Source: Thermoplasmata archaeon (lineage in GTDB: Archaea; Thermoplasmatota; Thermoplasmata; Lutacidiplasmatales; UBA184). From it: a DNA stretch of 60,834 nucleotides. Below the pieces are notes generated by a model, which worked only from the letters and a program-made list of their open reading frames with translations, searched no databases and was not told where the DNA came from. Positions 60,355 through 60,834 of this stretch are shown here, one piece after another. The DNA lies in NCBI GenBank assembly GCA_030039135.1, contig JASHQN010000098.1, forward strand, positions 1-60,834, given 5' to 3'. Position 1 is the first letter of the stretch. Every line of letters starts with the position of its first letter. Both the position numbers and the translations under genes were made by a program.

Positions 60355-60834
60355 ATGGCGGTGCGGGTAGCCATCAATGGATTCGGGCGCATTGGCCGGA
60401 ACATCTTCCGCGCGGCACTGGGCGACCCGGCGATCGAAGTGGTCGCGGTCAACGACATTACCGACGCGAGGACGCTCGCCCACTTGCTGAAATATGATTC
60501 GATTCTCGGCAATCTTCCGAACCAGATCACGCACACCGACGATACGATTTCGGTGGATGGCAAGAGCTTCAAGGTCTTCCGAGGCAAGGCTCCGGCGGAG
60601 CTGGACTGGGCATCGGTTGGGGCGTCCATCGTGGTGGAGTCCACCGGGCTGTTCACGAAGGGTCCCGAGGCGCGCAAGCACCTTCGGGGCCCCGTAAAGA
60701 AGGTCCTGATCTCAGCGCCCGCCACGGATCCCGACACGACGCTCGTTCTCGGCGTGAACGATCGCACGTACGACCCGGCGAAGCATCACGTCATCTCGAA
60801 CGCATCCTGCACGACGAATTGCCTCGCACCGGTG
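60355..60834 (+). CDS. gap: Glyceraldehyde-3-phosphate dehydrogenase, bacterial/eukaryotic type I (3' end outside window)
   Basis: Own translation: MAVRVAINGFGRIGRNIFRAAL...VVAVNDITDARTLAHLLKYDSILG...VVESTGLFT...VLISAP...SNASCTTNCLAPV (the catalytic Cys motif reaches the window edge). It is not in the ORF track because it runs off the end. Confidence 0.9.
   Translation, partial: MAVRVAINGFGRIGRNIFRAALGDPAIEVVAVNDITDARTLAHLLKYDSILGNLPNQITHTDDTISVDGKSFKVFRGKAPAELDWASVGASIVVESTGLFTKGPEARKHLRGPVKKVLISAPATDPDTTLVLGVNDRTYDPAKHHVISNASCTTNCLAPV

Noticed and set aside
1-60834. CRISPR arrays, transposases/integrases, prophage genes, rRNA, and tRNA-adjacent integration scars
   Set aside because: No spaced direct repeats were seen, and no DDE, tyrosine or serine recombinase motifs appear in any credible frame. 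Both tRNA genes are flanked by housekeeping genes with no duplicated tRNA 3' fragment visible nearby.

Overview
This is a high-GC (about two thirds G+C by eye), very gene-dense archaeal chromosomal segment. Marker genes include Alba, TFS, RpoL, archaeal uS15, an ArcS-like archaeosine enzyme, a RecJ/GAN-like DHH nuclease, and archaeal/eukaryotic-type TrpRS and ProRS. DNA gyrase, Bat-type and TrmB-type regulators, and Arg-rich (non-acidic) proteins are also present. Together these suggest an uncultured Thermoplasmatota-like euryarchaeon, but that taxonomic guess is inference only. I call 61 protein-coding genes (2 truncated by the window edges) and 2 tRNAs (Val-TAC, Leu-GAG). I see no rRNA, CRISPR array, transposase, integrase, or obvious prophage or classical defence island. 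Content is mostly housekeeping:
- replication and repair: gyrA, RecJ-like, SSB, Hef-like helicase, dut;
- translation: uS15, TrpRS, AsnRS, ProRS, ArcS, Taw2/Trm5-like, KptA;
- transcription: rpoL, tfs, regulators;
- nucleotide, cofactor and quinone metabolism: carAB, purD, folP, thiL, tmk, ubiA/ubiD/ubiE;
- central metabolism: gdhA, ALDH, acyl-CoA DH, gap.
Because of the GC content, almost every real gene is shadowed by long spurious ORFs in other frames or antisense. I chose frames by three criteria: recognisable motifs, G/C-rich third codon positions, and AT-rich TATA-like boxes about 25-35 nt upstream of start codons (a mostly leaderless-type architecture). No single stretch is unambiguously a new system. 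The best candidates for follow-up are:
1. a phosphate/polyphosphate island in which Ppx/GppA is translationally coupled to two divergent dTMP-kinase-like genes (20.0-25.7 kb);
2. a STAND-type ATPase-TPR protein next to a P-loop-less paralog (48.9-53.0 kb);
3. an orphan wHTH-fused DNA methyltransferase with a twin zinc-ribbon partner (18.2-20.0 kb);
4. an ArcS gene whose last codons and stop codon lie inside a tRNA-Val gene;
5. tandem small paralogous proteins with a shared promoter motif (7.0-7.8 kb);
6. recurrent palindromic CTAG double stops at convergent gene ends.
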